A stretch of 64,000 nucleotides of DNA from an uncultured Candidatus Saccharibacteria bacterium (GTDB lineage Bacteria > Patescibacteriota > Saccharimonadia > Saccharimonadales > Saccharimonadaceae). Position 1 is the first letter of the stretch. Every line of letters starts with the position of its first letter. The DNA lies in assembly GCA_964585155.1 (NCBI GenBank), contig CAZPCQ010000001.1:8070-72069 (forward strand), given 5' to 3'. Positions 18,684 through 27,979 of this stretch are shown here, in pieces. Position numbers and translations under genes: made by a program. A model generated the notes under the pieces. That model made no database searches, was not told where the DNA came from, and saw only the letters and a list, made by a program, of their open reading frames with translations.

Positions 18684-20519
18684 TCAAACCTCTCCCCCAC
18701 TTACTCCCAGAATGATCACAAAATCCACATCCCCCGGCTCAATCCCTTCCGGCAGATCATTTATGCCTTTCACGGGTACTTTATACCGCTCTTCCAGTTT
18801 CGCTTTGGTCGCCGGGAAATCTTGTCCTACCGCATAGACACAATATTGCGCCTCACACACTCCTAATTCCGCATCACCTACCGCAATATTCTCAAATCCC
18901 ACCTCAACTAACCTATCTCTTTCCGCTCCGGCCACGCCATACTGACCGCTTGCATTATAAACTATCATCCGTGAATGCTCTCGTGTCATCGGGTCGCTGC
19001 TAAACATCTCTGCTACATATTCACGAATCTGACTATAATTACCTTCGCCCGCCGAGGGAACTACATACGATATATTATTAATCGTCGCCGTCGTCATATA
19101 GAATGTTTGTGTATCGTAATTCACCAGCGGTACTTGTCGGATATTTGCGATATTAAAGTCGCTCAGGATCTTTACCCCTGCCTTGATATTATCTGTCGAG
19201 AAATTTGACCTTAAATTATCTCCCAAGATATTCACCAAGTTAAACGCTTCCGTCACCCCTACCCCGTTTTGCACAATTTTATCCACGATTGCCTGGACGA
19301 TTTTTTGCTGTGTATTCCCGCGGGTGAAGTCTCCCCCTTGCGTCCCGTGTCGCGCCCGCGCCAAGCCCAGCGCCTGCTCACCGTTCACTGTCACTGGTAC
19401 GCCTGCCTGTGCCACCGCACCTGTCCAGCCATAATCATTAATATCTTCATCTAGCGTCACCGTAATCCCGCCCAGCGTATCAATAATATCAATCAGCGAC
19501 GCCCAGTTAATATGTGCATAATATTGGAACTTAATCCCCAAAATCGTCCCGATTTGGTCCATCAATGCCTGCGCCCCGGCTTCCTCATTTGTCCCATCTT
19601 GGTTATGACACCAAAAGACTTCGTTAATTTTTCCCGCCGAGCACGCCATCGAGACTTTTAGATCCCGCGGCAGACTCAGTAGTGCTACATCCTTCGTATT
19701 CTGGTCTACACTCACCACCATAATCGAATCCGTCAGCTGTGACCCACCGTGCTCGCCGTAAGCCGTGTCGCCACTCATATTATAGCCTTCCGTCCCGAAG
19801 ACCAAAACATTCGTCCTCCCGTTTTTATCCGTCTCAAACGGCACCGCATCCGATACCATCGAATGAATCGCATCCCACAAGCCCGAGCGTCCACCGGTTA
19901 GTCGTGCGATCAACTCATCCCCCCACTTATACACAATTCCACCGCCAATTACTAATATTCCTAGTATCACCGCCGTCACAATTCGCCCAATATGGCGTTT
20001 CTTCTTCGGCGCCCGTACTCGACGCTTCGGTTTTGTTGGCTCTTCTGGCTCATCTTCCTCTTCTGTTTCGTCATCCAGTACACTCTGCGCCAAAAACTCC
20101 CGCGTATCACCCTCTCCGCCCCATTCGCTCAGAAAATCACTCTCCGCCGTCTCATTTTTACTATAATTATTATACTGCGGCGCATTATTCTCCTGGCTTG
20201 CCAATAGTTCCGACCAATCCGCTTCCGCCCCCGCGTTAAAATCATCATTCGGCTCATTCATCTCTTCCGCATCAAAATCAAATGTCTGCACTGGATCCAA
20301 GAATGAGTTTACGGCCGGATTCTTCTTTTTTATCTTATCAATCGAGTTCAAGGCCGCTCGTCGCTCTGTTCGCGAGCGTTCTACCTGTGCGTGAGCCGCT
20401 TGCGTGCGGGTCGTCAAATCGACGGTATGCGCCGATGCCGAACGCCGCGCCGTATTCACAGCACGATTTGGTTGCGCATCATCCCGCACTTTTAACCCGT
20501 CAATTGTCGTCCTTGCCAT
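18684..20519 (-). CDS. LCP (LytR-CpsA-Psr) family glycopolymer transferase with LytR_C domain
   Basis: TNVLVFGT, TDSIMVV, LSLPRDL, ARARHG..GDFTR..QQ, VYNASG; RBS GAGGAG before the ATG at 20519. Confidence 0.9.
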   Translation of the reverse strand: MARTTIDGLKVRDDAQPNRAVNTARRSASAHTVDLTTRTQAAHAQVERSRTERRAALNSIDKIKKKNPAVNSFLDPVQTFDFDAEEMNEPNDDFNAGAEADWSELLASQENNAPQYNNYSKNETAESDFLSEWGGEGDTREFLAQSVLDDETEEEDEPEEPTKPKRRVRAPKKKRHIGRIVTAVILGILVIGGGIVYKWGDELIARLTGGRSGLWDAIHSMVSDAVPFETDKNGRTNVLVFGTEGYNMSGDTAYGEHGGSQLTDSIMVVSVDQNTKDVALLSLPRDLKVSMACSAGKINEVFWCHNQDGTNEEAGAQALMDQIGTILGIKFQYYAHINWASLIDIIDTLGGITVTLDEDINDYGWTGAVAQAGVPVTVNGEQALGLARARHGTQGGDFTRGNTQQKIVQAIVDKIVQNGVGVTEAFNLVNILGDNLRSNFSTDNIKAGVKILSDFNIANIRQVPLVNYDTQTFYMTTATINNISYVVPSAGEGNYSQIREYVAEMFSSDPMTREHSRMIVYNASGQYGVAGAERDRLVEVGFENIAVGDAELGVCEAQYCVYAVGQDFPATKAKLEERYKVPVKGINDLPEGIEPGDVDFVIILGVSGGEV

Positions 20520-20591
20520 CAAACTCCTCATTATTAGTCCAAAATCTGGACTTACCCAATTAATATTTGTGTGATATACTTATTATAACAT

Positions 20592-20936
20592 ATGAAAGTC
20601 AAACTTACGAAAAAACAAGCGCTTATTATAGATTTTATTAAGGAATATCTGGCTCGCACTGGGGAATCACCTTCATATCGCGAAATTATGTCCGCCCTCG
20701 GCCTCTCTTCGGTTTCCGCTGTCGCTGAACATATTGATAATTTAGTTGCTAAAGGCGCTCTTAAAAAGATTCCCGGCGCCGCCCGCTCGCTCGAAGTTGT
20801 CGATCTTAGTTATCCCGAGACTACTGAACTTTTCTACCGCGTCCTCACCACTTCTTCCTCCACCGAACGTAAGATTCTACTACAAGCCGCCGACCTCCTC
20901 GGCCTCGACCTCAAACTACCCGATCCCGACGACTAA
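20592..20936 (+). CDS. LexA-like winged-helix DNA-binding protein lacking the S24 peptidase domain
   Basis: LTKKQ..I.DFI..Y....GESPSYREIM..LGLSSVSAV..HI..L..KGAL is the LexA N-terminal signature; only 114 aa. Confidence 0.8.
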   Translation: MKVKLTKKQALIIDFIKEYLARTGESPSYREIMSALGLSSVSAVAEHIDNLVAKGALKKIPGAARSLEVVDLSYPETTELFYRVLTTSSSTERKILLQAADLLGLDLKLPDPDD

Positions 20937-21094
20937 TCCAACTTGTAATTTCTATACAAGTTCAACCTGCCTCCACCTCTGTAAAATTCCAAACCCTACA
21001 CATCTTAAGCCAACCAAGTTTACATATATTTATTCGGGGTAAATTCATTGACCAAACTCGTTTTTCTGCTATACTAGTATTAGGAGAAAGGTCA

Positions 21095-21667
21095 ATGTCC
21101 AAATCAGAATCATCTCGCCACCGTGTTCCACCCTACAAGCGTCCACTAGTCGTGGGAGGATTTTTAGCGATTCTGGCGGTTGTGATTTTATCTACGGTTC
21201 TGATTTGCAAGAACTTTCTAGGATCTAGCGACGATTCGCAGGTTAAAAACCCAGATGATAATTCCAATACTCACCAGCCCGAGGAGCAGCCGCCCGATAC
21301 TAAGCCTGCCGAGCCCGACGAGCTGGAGAATAAAACTCCTCAGTTCGAAGGTGAAGATCCCAACGAGCTAAGCGAACTTACTGGCCACATCATTTACAAA
21401 GATATTGATACTGTAAACCAAGCCCTCCACTCCGCCGTAATGATTAATCAATATCTCCAGGCCGACGGTCAGTGTGTCTTCAATCTCAAACGTGACGACG
21501 CCGTCCTTCGTACCGCTTCTGCTGTTGCTACAGCCGATGTGACTACGTCCGTCTGTGGTCCGTTCGATATCTCCATTGCTGACCTGCCGCCAGGGAATTA
21601 TCAATTAGAAATTATCATTACCGGTGACGGCAAACGCGGAGTCATCACCGACGATTTAGAGATTTAG
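21095..21667 (+). CDS. Membrane-anchored hypothetical protein
   Basis: TM helix, P/Q/E-rich linker, beta-rich C-terminus; RBS AGGAG; promoter TTGACC..TATACT. Confidence 0.7.
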   Translation: MSKSESSRHRVPPYKRPLVVGGFLAILAVVILSTVLICKNFLGSSDDSQVKNPDDNSNTHQPEEQPPDTKPAEPDELENKTPQFEGEDPNELSELTGHIIYKDIDTVNQALHSAVMINQYLQADGQCVFNLKRDDAVLRTASAVATADVTTSVCGPFDISIADLPPGNYQLEIIITGDGKRGVITDDLEI

Positions 21668-21725
21668 TTGCATCTCAACCTACCAACACCAAACCAAAAG
21701 TCAAACATAAACAGGAGTTACCAAA

Positions 21726-23894
21726 ATGTCAAAGTTCACCCAAGAACTACAATCCGAGTTTTCCGCTCGTCGTAATCTACTCTTTGTGGTTTTTGCTTTT
21801 TGTATGGTCGCCACGCTCTCATTTTTTGCGACTAGCCGTATGCACGAATCTTCCGCTGCCAATCTTAGTAACTTTACTCCTGGTAATATTATCAGTGATG
21901 CCGTGATGTCTAATTATAGTTCTATGAGCGAACAAGATATTCAAAACTTCCTCAATAGTAAGAATAAGTGTGATAATCGCGATTACAATCTTTACCTGCA
22001 GTACACTAGTTCCAAGCCCACCATTTCTTGGCATTGGGAAGGCGAGCCTTACAATGGTCATTTTGTTTGTCTAGCCGAAGAAAAGTTTGGCGAAACTGCT
22101 TCCGAGATTGGTACCGGCAAAACTGCCGCTCGGATTATTTACGAAGCCGCTCAGGCTAATCATATCAATCCTCAGGCTCTCCTCGTCCTTTTGCAAAAAG
22201 AATCTAGCCTCATTACTGACAAAGTTCCCAATTCTTACGACTATGGCCAAGCCACCGGTTACGGCTGTCCTGATACCGCCGCTTGTGATAAAAAGTATTC
22301 TGGCTTTAGCAATCAAGTTCACCGCGCCGCCGAACTTTTCCGCTATGTCCTCGACCACAACTCTGTTTATTATCCCGCTGGCCGTACTGTCTACGTTGGC
22401 TATCATCCTAATTCCAGCTGTGGCGGCACTCAAGTCCTCATCGAAAATCGCGCCACTGCCGCCCTCTATCAATACACGCCTTATCAGCCCAACGCCTCTT
22501 CTCTCGCCGCTGGTTATGGCCAAGGCGACACCTGCTCCGCCTACGGCAACCGCAATTTTTATCTTTATTTCACTGATTGGTTTGGCAGCACTCAGGCCGC
22601 CGTTGAAGGGGAACTAGTGGATATTCCGGACGGTTCCTATACTTTAGTTTCCGGACTTTCCGAGCAGCGCATTCTCGGCGCCTCTTCTCGTAATGTCCAG
22701 CTGAGTAATATTACCGCCGCTGATACCTGGACTATCAAGCGCGATACTAATGGCTTGTATGAACTTACCAATGCCGCCACCAACCTCCCGCTCTCCGTTG
22801 ATCAGTCTCAACCCGAATCCGGCACCAACGTTTCTGTCCGTGCCACTTCCACTGAATGCGCCAAAAAATGGAAAATTTACCAAACCAAAGATGGCTACCT
22901 CACTTTAGAATCTTCCTGTACCAGTGGTTTCGTTCTCGATGTTAATGGTGGCTCTTCTGCTGTTGGTACCAATATCCAGACTTATATCACCAACGCCAGC
23001 CTTTCCCAAAAATGGCACCTCCGCGCCAGCCAAACCCTCGACGACGGTGTCTATACTATCTCTTCTGCACTCGACCGCAGTGCTATGATTGACGTTGCCG
23101 GCGGTGGTACTCACAATGGTGCTAATATTCAGATCTATGAGAACAACCAAACCCTCTCTCAGAAGTGGCTCATTCAATACGATTCTAGTACTGGTCATTA
23201 TACTATTACAAACCCACTTTCCAATAAATCCATCGACATTTCTTATGGCAATATCAAAGATGGTACCAATATCTGGCTTTATGAGCATAATAGTACTTGT
23301 TCTCAGCAATGGAATATTATTGAATCCGCTGGTCGTTATGTTATTTCTTCTGCTTGTTCACCTCTTAAAGTTCTTGAACTCAAAAACAAATCTACTACTA
23401 ATAGCACTAACATCCAGCTCCAAACTTATGACCGTGATCACCTTGGCGAATCTTGGGTTATTACCAAATCTCCTGAGCCTTCCGATGGTACTTATGCGAT
23501 TCACGCTCGTCTTGATAACGATCAATTACTCGACGCCTCGAACGGCAATGTTCAACTTTATCAATCCCAGTCCGACCGTAACCAAAAATGGACCATCAAA
23601 AAATCTGTCACCTCGGGATATTACACTATCGTTGATCAATCTTCCGGCCAAGCCATAGATATTAAATATGGTGACATTCGCAACAGTACCAATATTTGGC
23701 TCTACGACCAGAACAACACTTGTTCTCAACAATGGTATATTATCGAAAGTCGGTCTGACCATTATACGATTTTCTCTTCTTGTGTCTTAAATTATACTCT
23801 TGATGTTACTTACGGTGATGCTCGTAATGGCACTAATATCCAACTTTATCAGTCCAACGGTACGATTTCCCAAGAGTGGTATTTTGCTCGTTAA
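21726..23894 (+). CDS. Surface protein: lysozyme-like N-terminal domain plus ricin-B lectin repeats
   Basis: INPQALLVLLQKES..ATGYGCPD; repeated QxW ricin motifs (GANIQIY..SQKW, GTNIWLY..CSQQW). Confidence 0.75.
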   Translation: MSKFTQELQSEFSARRNLLFVVFAFCMVATLSFFATSRMHESSAANLSNFTPGNIISDAVMSNYSSMSEQDIQNFLNSKNKCDNRDYNLYLQYTSSKPTISWHWEGEPYNGHFVCLAEEKFGETASEIGTGKTAARIIYEAAQANHINPQALLVLLQKESSLITDKVPNSYDYGQATGYGCPDTAACDKKYSGFSNQVHRAAELFRYVLDHNSVYYPAGRTVYVGYHPNSSCGGTQVLIENRATAALYQYTPYQPNASSLAAGYGQGDTCSAYGNRNFYLYFTDWFGSTQAAVEGELVDIPDGSYTLVSGLSEQRILGASSRNVQLSNITAADTWTIKRDTNGLYELTNAATNLPLSVDQSQPESGTNVSVRATSTECAKKWKIYQTKDGYLTLESSCTSGFVLDVNGGSSAVGTNIQTYITNASLSQKWHLRASQTLDDGVYTISSALDRSAMIDVAGGGTHNGANIQIYENNQTLSQKWLIQYDSSTGHYTITNPLSNKSIDISYGNIKDGTNIWLYEHNSTCSQQWNIIESAGRYVISSACSPLKVLELKNKSTTNSTNIQLQTYDRDHLGESWVITKSPEPSDGTYAIHARLDNDQLLDASNGNVQLYQSQSDRNQKWTIKKSVTSGYYTIVDQSSGQAIDIKYGDIRNSTNIWLYDQNNTCSQQWYIIESRSDHYTIFSSCVLNYTLDVTYGDARNGTNIQLYQSNGTISQEWYFAR

Positions 23895-23949
23895 AGCCCT
23901 AAACTTAACTTCTTCTCAATAATCCTCGAGAGTATGCTATAATTACTTT

Positions 23950-25722
23950 ATGCGAGTATTTGTGAGGAAAATCTATAACTTTTTTGCACAACATTGGCAT
24001 TATCTTTTAGTTATTATTTTTGCACTTATTCTTAGTGTTGGTGTCTGGGGAAGCATCCATACTTATATTGCTGGCGACGATTATGCTTTCCATATCGCGC
24101 GTATCAAAAGTATCTCCGCTGCACTCAAGGATGGTCAACCTCTCGCTCAGATTTCTCCTCACGATATGTTTGGCTTTGGCTATGGGTACAACCTTTTCTA
24201 TGGACCACTTTTGCCTTGGCTTGGTACTTTTTTGCGTGTATTTTTCTCATCCTGGCCTCTCGCTATTAATATTCTGTGTATTTTGTTAATGTGTGCGTCT
24301 GGTTTGCTTACTTGTTATGCTGTCAGTCGTATTAGTCATCAAAAATCTCTCGCCGCTCTTGCCGGTATCTTTTACCTTGCTGCCCCATATCATCTTATTA
24401 ATTTATATGACCGCTTTGCTCTCGCTGAATTTGCCGGTATGGCTATTCTACCGCTTTTGATTTTAGGACTATATCAACTTACCAATCACGAGAAATTCGC
24501 CGTCCGCAAAATCATCATTGCTGCAACTTTGCTTATCCTCACGCATAGCCTTAGTACTATTTTCGCAATTATTATTTCCGCCGTTTACCTATTATTGAAT
24601 CTCAAGCAGATTTGGAATCTTGCCACCTTCAAGAAAATCCTCATCATTATCGGTTTCGTTTTGGGTAGCACCGCCTTTTTTACTCTTCCACTTCTCGAAG
24701 CCAAACTTACCGGCACTTATGGTGTTTTTGATAAAAGATATAGTTCACTTCGCTTAGAAACCAATCCTGAAAAAATCTCCGTTCAGCACTTGTCACTATC
24801 TGCTCTGCTCTATTCCGATTATGACAATGCCGAACTCGCTCGTGATAAAATGGCTATCGGCATTATTGCTATCATCGGGCTTACAGGGTATTGGTTTATT
24901 CGCAAAAACCTCCCAGCCGAGCAACGTCATTTCACTGACATTATGTATGTCCTTAGCCTTATTTCACTTTTTATGACTACTTCATTTGCGAATTGGAATC
25001 TTGTCCCTAGTGTATTCTACTCTATCCAATTTCCGTGGCGTTTTCTCAGTATTTTCGCTTTCACTTCCAGTATTATTTCCGCGTATGTTATTTATGAAAT
25101 CATCAAGACCTTCTCTACCTCCCAGCAACCACTTCTCGCCATCGTAATTGGTTTGCTTACCATTAGTACTGTTAGTGAACTTTATACTTTACCGCATGTC
25201 GCCCACACTGCTCCTGGTGATGAAGTACAGTTTAGTCTCGAGGAAGGTAGTCCGGGTTGGTCTGGCGAATATGCTCCAGTTGGCTTGCTTTGTGAAGATT
25301 ATGCCGATGACAAATGTGGTCTCGGTGAACTTTCTAGTAATCTCACTCTCCGCGGTCAAGACGTAAAAGTTCTTAGCGGTAACGTTGATATTCAAAACTA
25401 CCAAAAAACCGGCACTAAGATTACTTGTGATCTTGTTAATATTTCTAGCGATGCTACTATTGAGCTTCCTCTGATTTGGTATCCCGGATATGTTGCTACC
25501 TTGAACGGACAAAAACTTCCCGTCCGCGCCAGCGCTCAGTTTGGTCTTGTTGAGATTGATTTATCCGGTTTTACCAGCGGGGAACTAAAAATCCACTACC
25601 CCCTTTCTGTGGCGTCAGTTATTGGTCTAATTATTACTATTTTTACTATTATTTTAGCAACTATTCTTTTCATTTATCAAACTAAAAAATCTAAATTTTC
25701 TCTCAAGGAGTCCAACCAATGA
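23950..25722 (+). CDS. Multi-TM GT-C-like membrane protein (YfhO/PTPS-related)
   Basis: GDDYAFH, GYGYNLFYGPL, APYHLINLYDRFALAE, IQFPWRFL. Confidence 0.7.
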   Translation: MRVFVRKIYNFFAQHWHYLLVIIFALILSVGVWGSIHTYIAGDDYAFHIARIKSISAALKDGQPLAQISPHDMFGFGYGYNLFYGPLLPWLGTFLRVFFSSWPLAINILCILLMCASGLLTCYAVSRISHQKSLAALAGIFYLAAPYHLINLYDRFALAEFAGMAILPLLILGLYQLTNHEKFAVRKIIIAATLLILTHSLSTIFAIIISAVYLLLNLKQIWNLATFKKILIIIGFVLGSTAFFTLPLLEAKLTGTYGVFDKRYSSLRLETNPEKISVQHLSLSALLYSDYDNAELARDKMAIGIIAIIGLTGYWFIRKNLPAEQRHFTDIMYVLSLISLFMTTSFANWNLVPSVFYSIQFPWRFLSIFAFTSSIISAYVIYEIIKTFSTSQQPLLAIVIGLLTISTVSELYTLPHVAHTAPGDEVQFSLEEGSPGWSGEYAPVGLLCEDYADDKCGLGELSSNLTLRGQDVKVLSGNVDIQNYQKTGTKITCDLVNISSDATIELPLIWYPGYVATLNGQKLPVRASAQFGLVEIDLSGFTSGELKIHYPLSVASVIGLIITIFTIILATILFIYQTKKSKFSLKESNQ

Positions 25723-26897
25723 AAGTCCCCGCTATTTCTATTGTTATGCCAATCTATAACGCCGAGCCTTTTCTCAAGCAGACTCTAACTTGTCTTTTAC
25801 AACAAACTTTTACCGACTTTGAGTTAATCTGCGTTGACGATGGTTCTACTGATTGTACTCCCGAGCTGCTGCGTAAGTTTTCCTCTAAATTCTCCCATCG
25901 TATGCACATTATTACTCAGACCAACGCCGGCCCTGGCGCCGCTCGTAACGCCGGCATTGCTAAAGTTCGCGGTAAATATCTCGCCCTCCTTGATGCCGAT
26001 GATATTTATGAGCCCAATTTTCTCGAGCGTACCTATCAAAAAATCACTGCCGACCAGAGTGATCTTGTTGTTGTCCGCTCTGACGAATATCATCCGGACA
26101 CTGATCAATATATCTCCACTCCATGGACTATTAACTCGCATCTTTTACCATCTCATATACCTTTTGCCGGCACAGATATTCCTCAAAATGCCTTTGAGCT
26201 TTTCGTTGGCTGGCCTTGGGATAAACTTTTTCGCACCGATTTTATCCGCGAGCAACATTTACGTTTTCAAAACTTACGCTCGTCCGAGGATGCTTCATTT
26301 TGTTTTATGTCCATCATCTTAGCCCAAAAGATTTCCATTGTTGATAATATTCTGGTCCACCATCGTAAAACTCCTGGTTCCGTTTCTAACACTAGGGAAC
26401 AAACTTGGTCTTGTTTTTATGATGCGCTTCTCGACCTTCGTCGCCAGCTCAAGCAGCATCACCTATATCGGCGTTTCGAGCGTGACTTTATTAACTACGC
26501 CCTCAATTTTTCCTTATGGCACCTCACTACCCTCACTGGTTCCGCCTACTTTGAACTTTATGATCAGCTCAAAACGTCCTGGTGGCACGAGTTAAAAGTC
26601 GATCGTCATTCTGCCGACTACTTTTATAGTCCTTATCATTATAAACTCTATCAACAAGTCCTCCAAAATTCGGCGACTGACTTTCTTTTTCATTTTCTCC
26701 AGCAAAAACTTCAAGAAATTGACCATCTCCATCAAGACCTTGAGCAACTTCGCACAGAATGCCAAACTCTCGAACAAACTCTCGCTCTCCGCAATCAAAC
26801 TATTCAAGACTTGCATAACTCAACCTCCTGGAAGGTTGGTTACGCTCTCACTGCGCCCGCCCGCTTTCTCAAGTCTAAATTTAAACCTTCGACTTAG
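25719..26897 (+). CDS. Glycosyltransferase family 2
   Basis: ISIVMPIYNAE, VDDGSTD, GAARNAG, LDADD; coiled-coil tail. Confidence 0.9.
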   Translation: MKVPAISIVMPIYNAEPFLKQTLTCLLQQTFTDFELICVDDGSTDCTPELLRKFSSKFSHRMHIITQTNAGPGAARNAGIAKVRGKYLALLDADDIYEPNFLERTYQKITADQSDLVVVRSDEYHPDTDQYISTPWTINSHLLPSHIPFAGTDIPQNAFELFVGWPWDKLFRTDFIREQHLRFQNLRSSEDASFCFMSIILAQKISIVDNILVHHRKTPGSVSNTREQTWSCFYDALLDLRRQLKQHHLYRRFERDFINYALNFSLWHLTTLTGSAYFELYDQLKTSWWHELKVDRHSADYFYSPYHYKLYQQVLQNSATDFLFHFLQQKLQEIDHLHQDLEQLRTECQTLEQTLALRNQTIQDLHNSTSWKVGYALTAPARFLKSKFKPST

Positions 26898-27924
26898 TTT
26901 TCAGCCTGTAACGAGTTCTTAATATACTAAGCTCCGTTTTTGCTATGATCCAATTCGGTGCCAAAATAATCCCCAACAAGATTCGATCCGTCTTCCGAAA
27001 ATAAGTATACTTAAAACTTTTGTCCTCACGGACTGGCGATAACAACTTCCTTAACTGTAGCCAATAACTCTTCTCGTATTGCGCATCAATATTGTACAAA
27101 AACCCCAAATTCGTCCACAAAATGTGAATGTATAAAGCCTCTTTCACCTGCGCGAACTTGCCTGAGTTTTGTACAATTTCAACACCAGTTTTGCAAGCCG
27201 CAATCATCTGCAGCGCTTTTTTATCAGTTACGCTAGTTGAATGCTTTTGTTTCGGGTCGTTCCGCCAATGTACAAACGGTTTTTTGACGACTACAATCTT
27301 TTCTGCCGCACATAATACTTTCATCGCGAATGGAAAGTCTTGATACGCTGCTCCCGCAGTTTCCGTCAAGAGTTTATCGTCCTCCATCAGACTCTCCAAA
27401 AACTCCCTCCGGTAAATCGCCGACCAAATTGAAGCATGGAATGCTAATAACGCTGGCCACTCTGTAATATTAAAAGGTTTATTTGGTGCCAGGCGCAAAT
27501 TTACCTCACCTGGATCCGTAAAAACTACATCCTGTTCTCCCTCTGGTTTTGTTGAATCTGTCTTCCAAAACATCCCTTTTACAATGTCTGCTCCCGTTGC
27601 TTTGGCTTTCTCATACAACGTTTGCATCATTTCTGACTCAATCCAATCATCTGATTCGATTATTCCCACATACTCACCCTGTGCCAGATTGATTCCGCGA
27701 TTTACTGCCGCTCCATACCCTGCATTATTTTGGTGTACCACTTTGACGCGGTCGTCTTTTTCTGCCAGTTCGTCTGCTATCTTTGCGCACCCATCCGTCG
27801 ATCCATCGTCGATTAAAATTATCTCAATCTCTCTTAAACTTTGCGCCAAAATACTTTCCACGCACTTTTCTAGATACGCTTCCACGTTGTAAATCGGCAC
27901 TACTACTGACACTTTTATCTTCAT
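26881..27924 (-). CDS. Glycosyltransferase family 2
   Basis: VSVVVPIYNVE, IDDGSTD, ESDDW. Confidence 0.9.
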   Translation of the reverse strand: MKIKVSVVVPIYNVEAYLEKCVESILAQSLREIEIILIDDGSTDGCAKIADELAEKDDRVKVVHQNNAGYGAAVNRGINLAQGEYVGIIESDDWIESEMMQTLYEKAKATGADIVKGMFWKTDSTKPEGEQDVVFTDPGEVNLRLAPNKPFNITEWPALLAFHASIWSAIYRREFLESLMEDDKLLTETAGAAYQDFPFAMKVLCAAEKIVVVKKPFVHWRNDPKQKHSTSVTDKKALQMIAACKTGVEIVQNSGKFAQVKEALYIHILWTNLGFLYNIDAQYEKSYWLQLRKLLSPVREDKSFKYTYFRKTDRILLGIILAPNWIIAKTELSILRTRYRLKTKSKV

Positions 27925-27979
27925 TCTATCTATTATATCACAAAATGTGTTATAATAGAGAAAACAGGGAAGGAGAATT

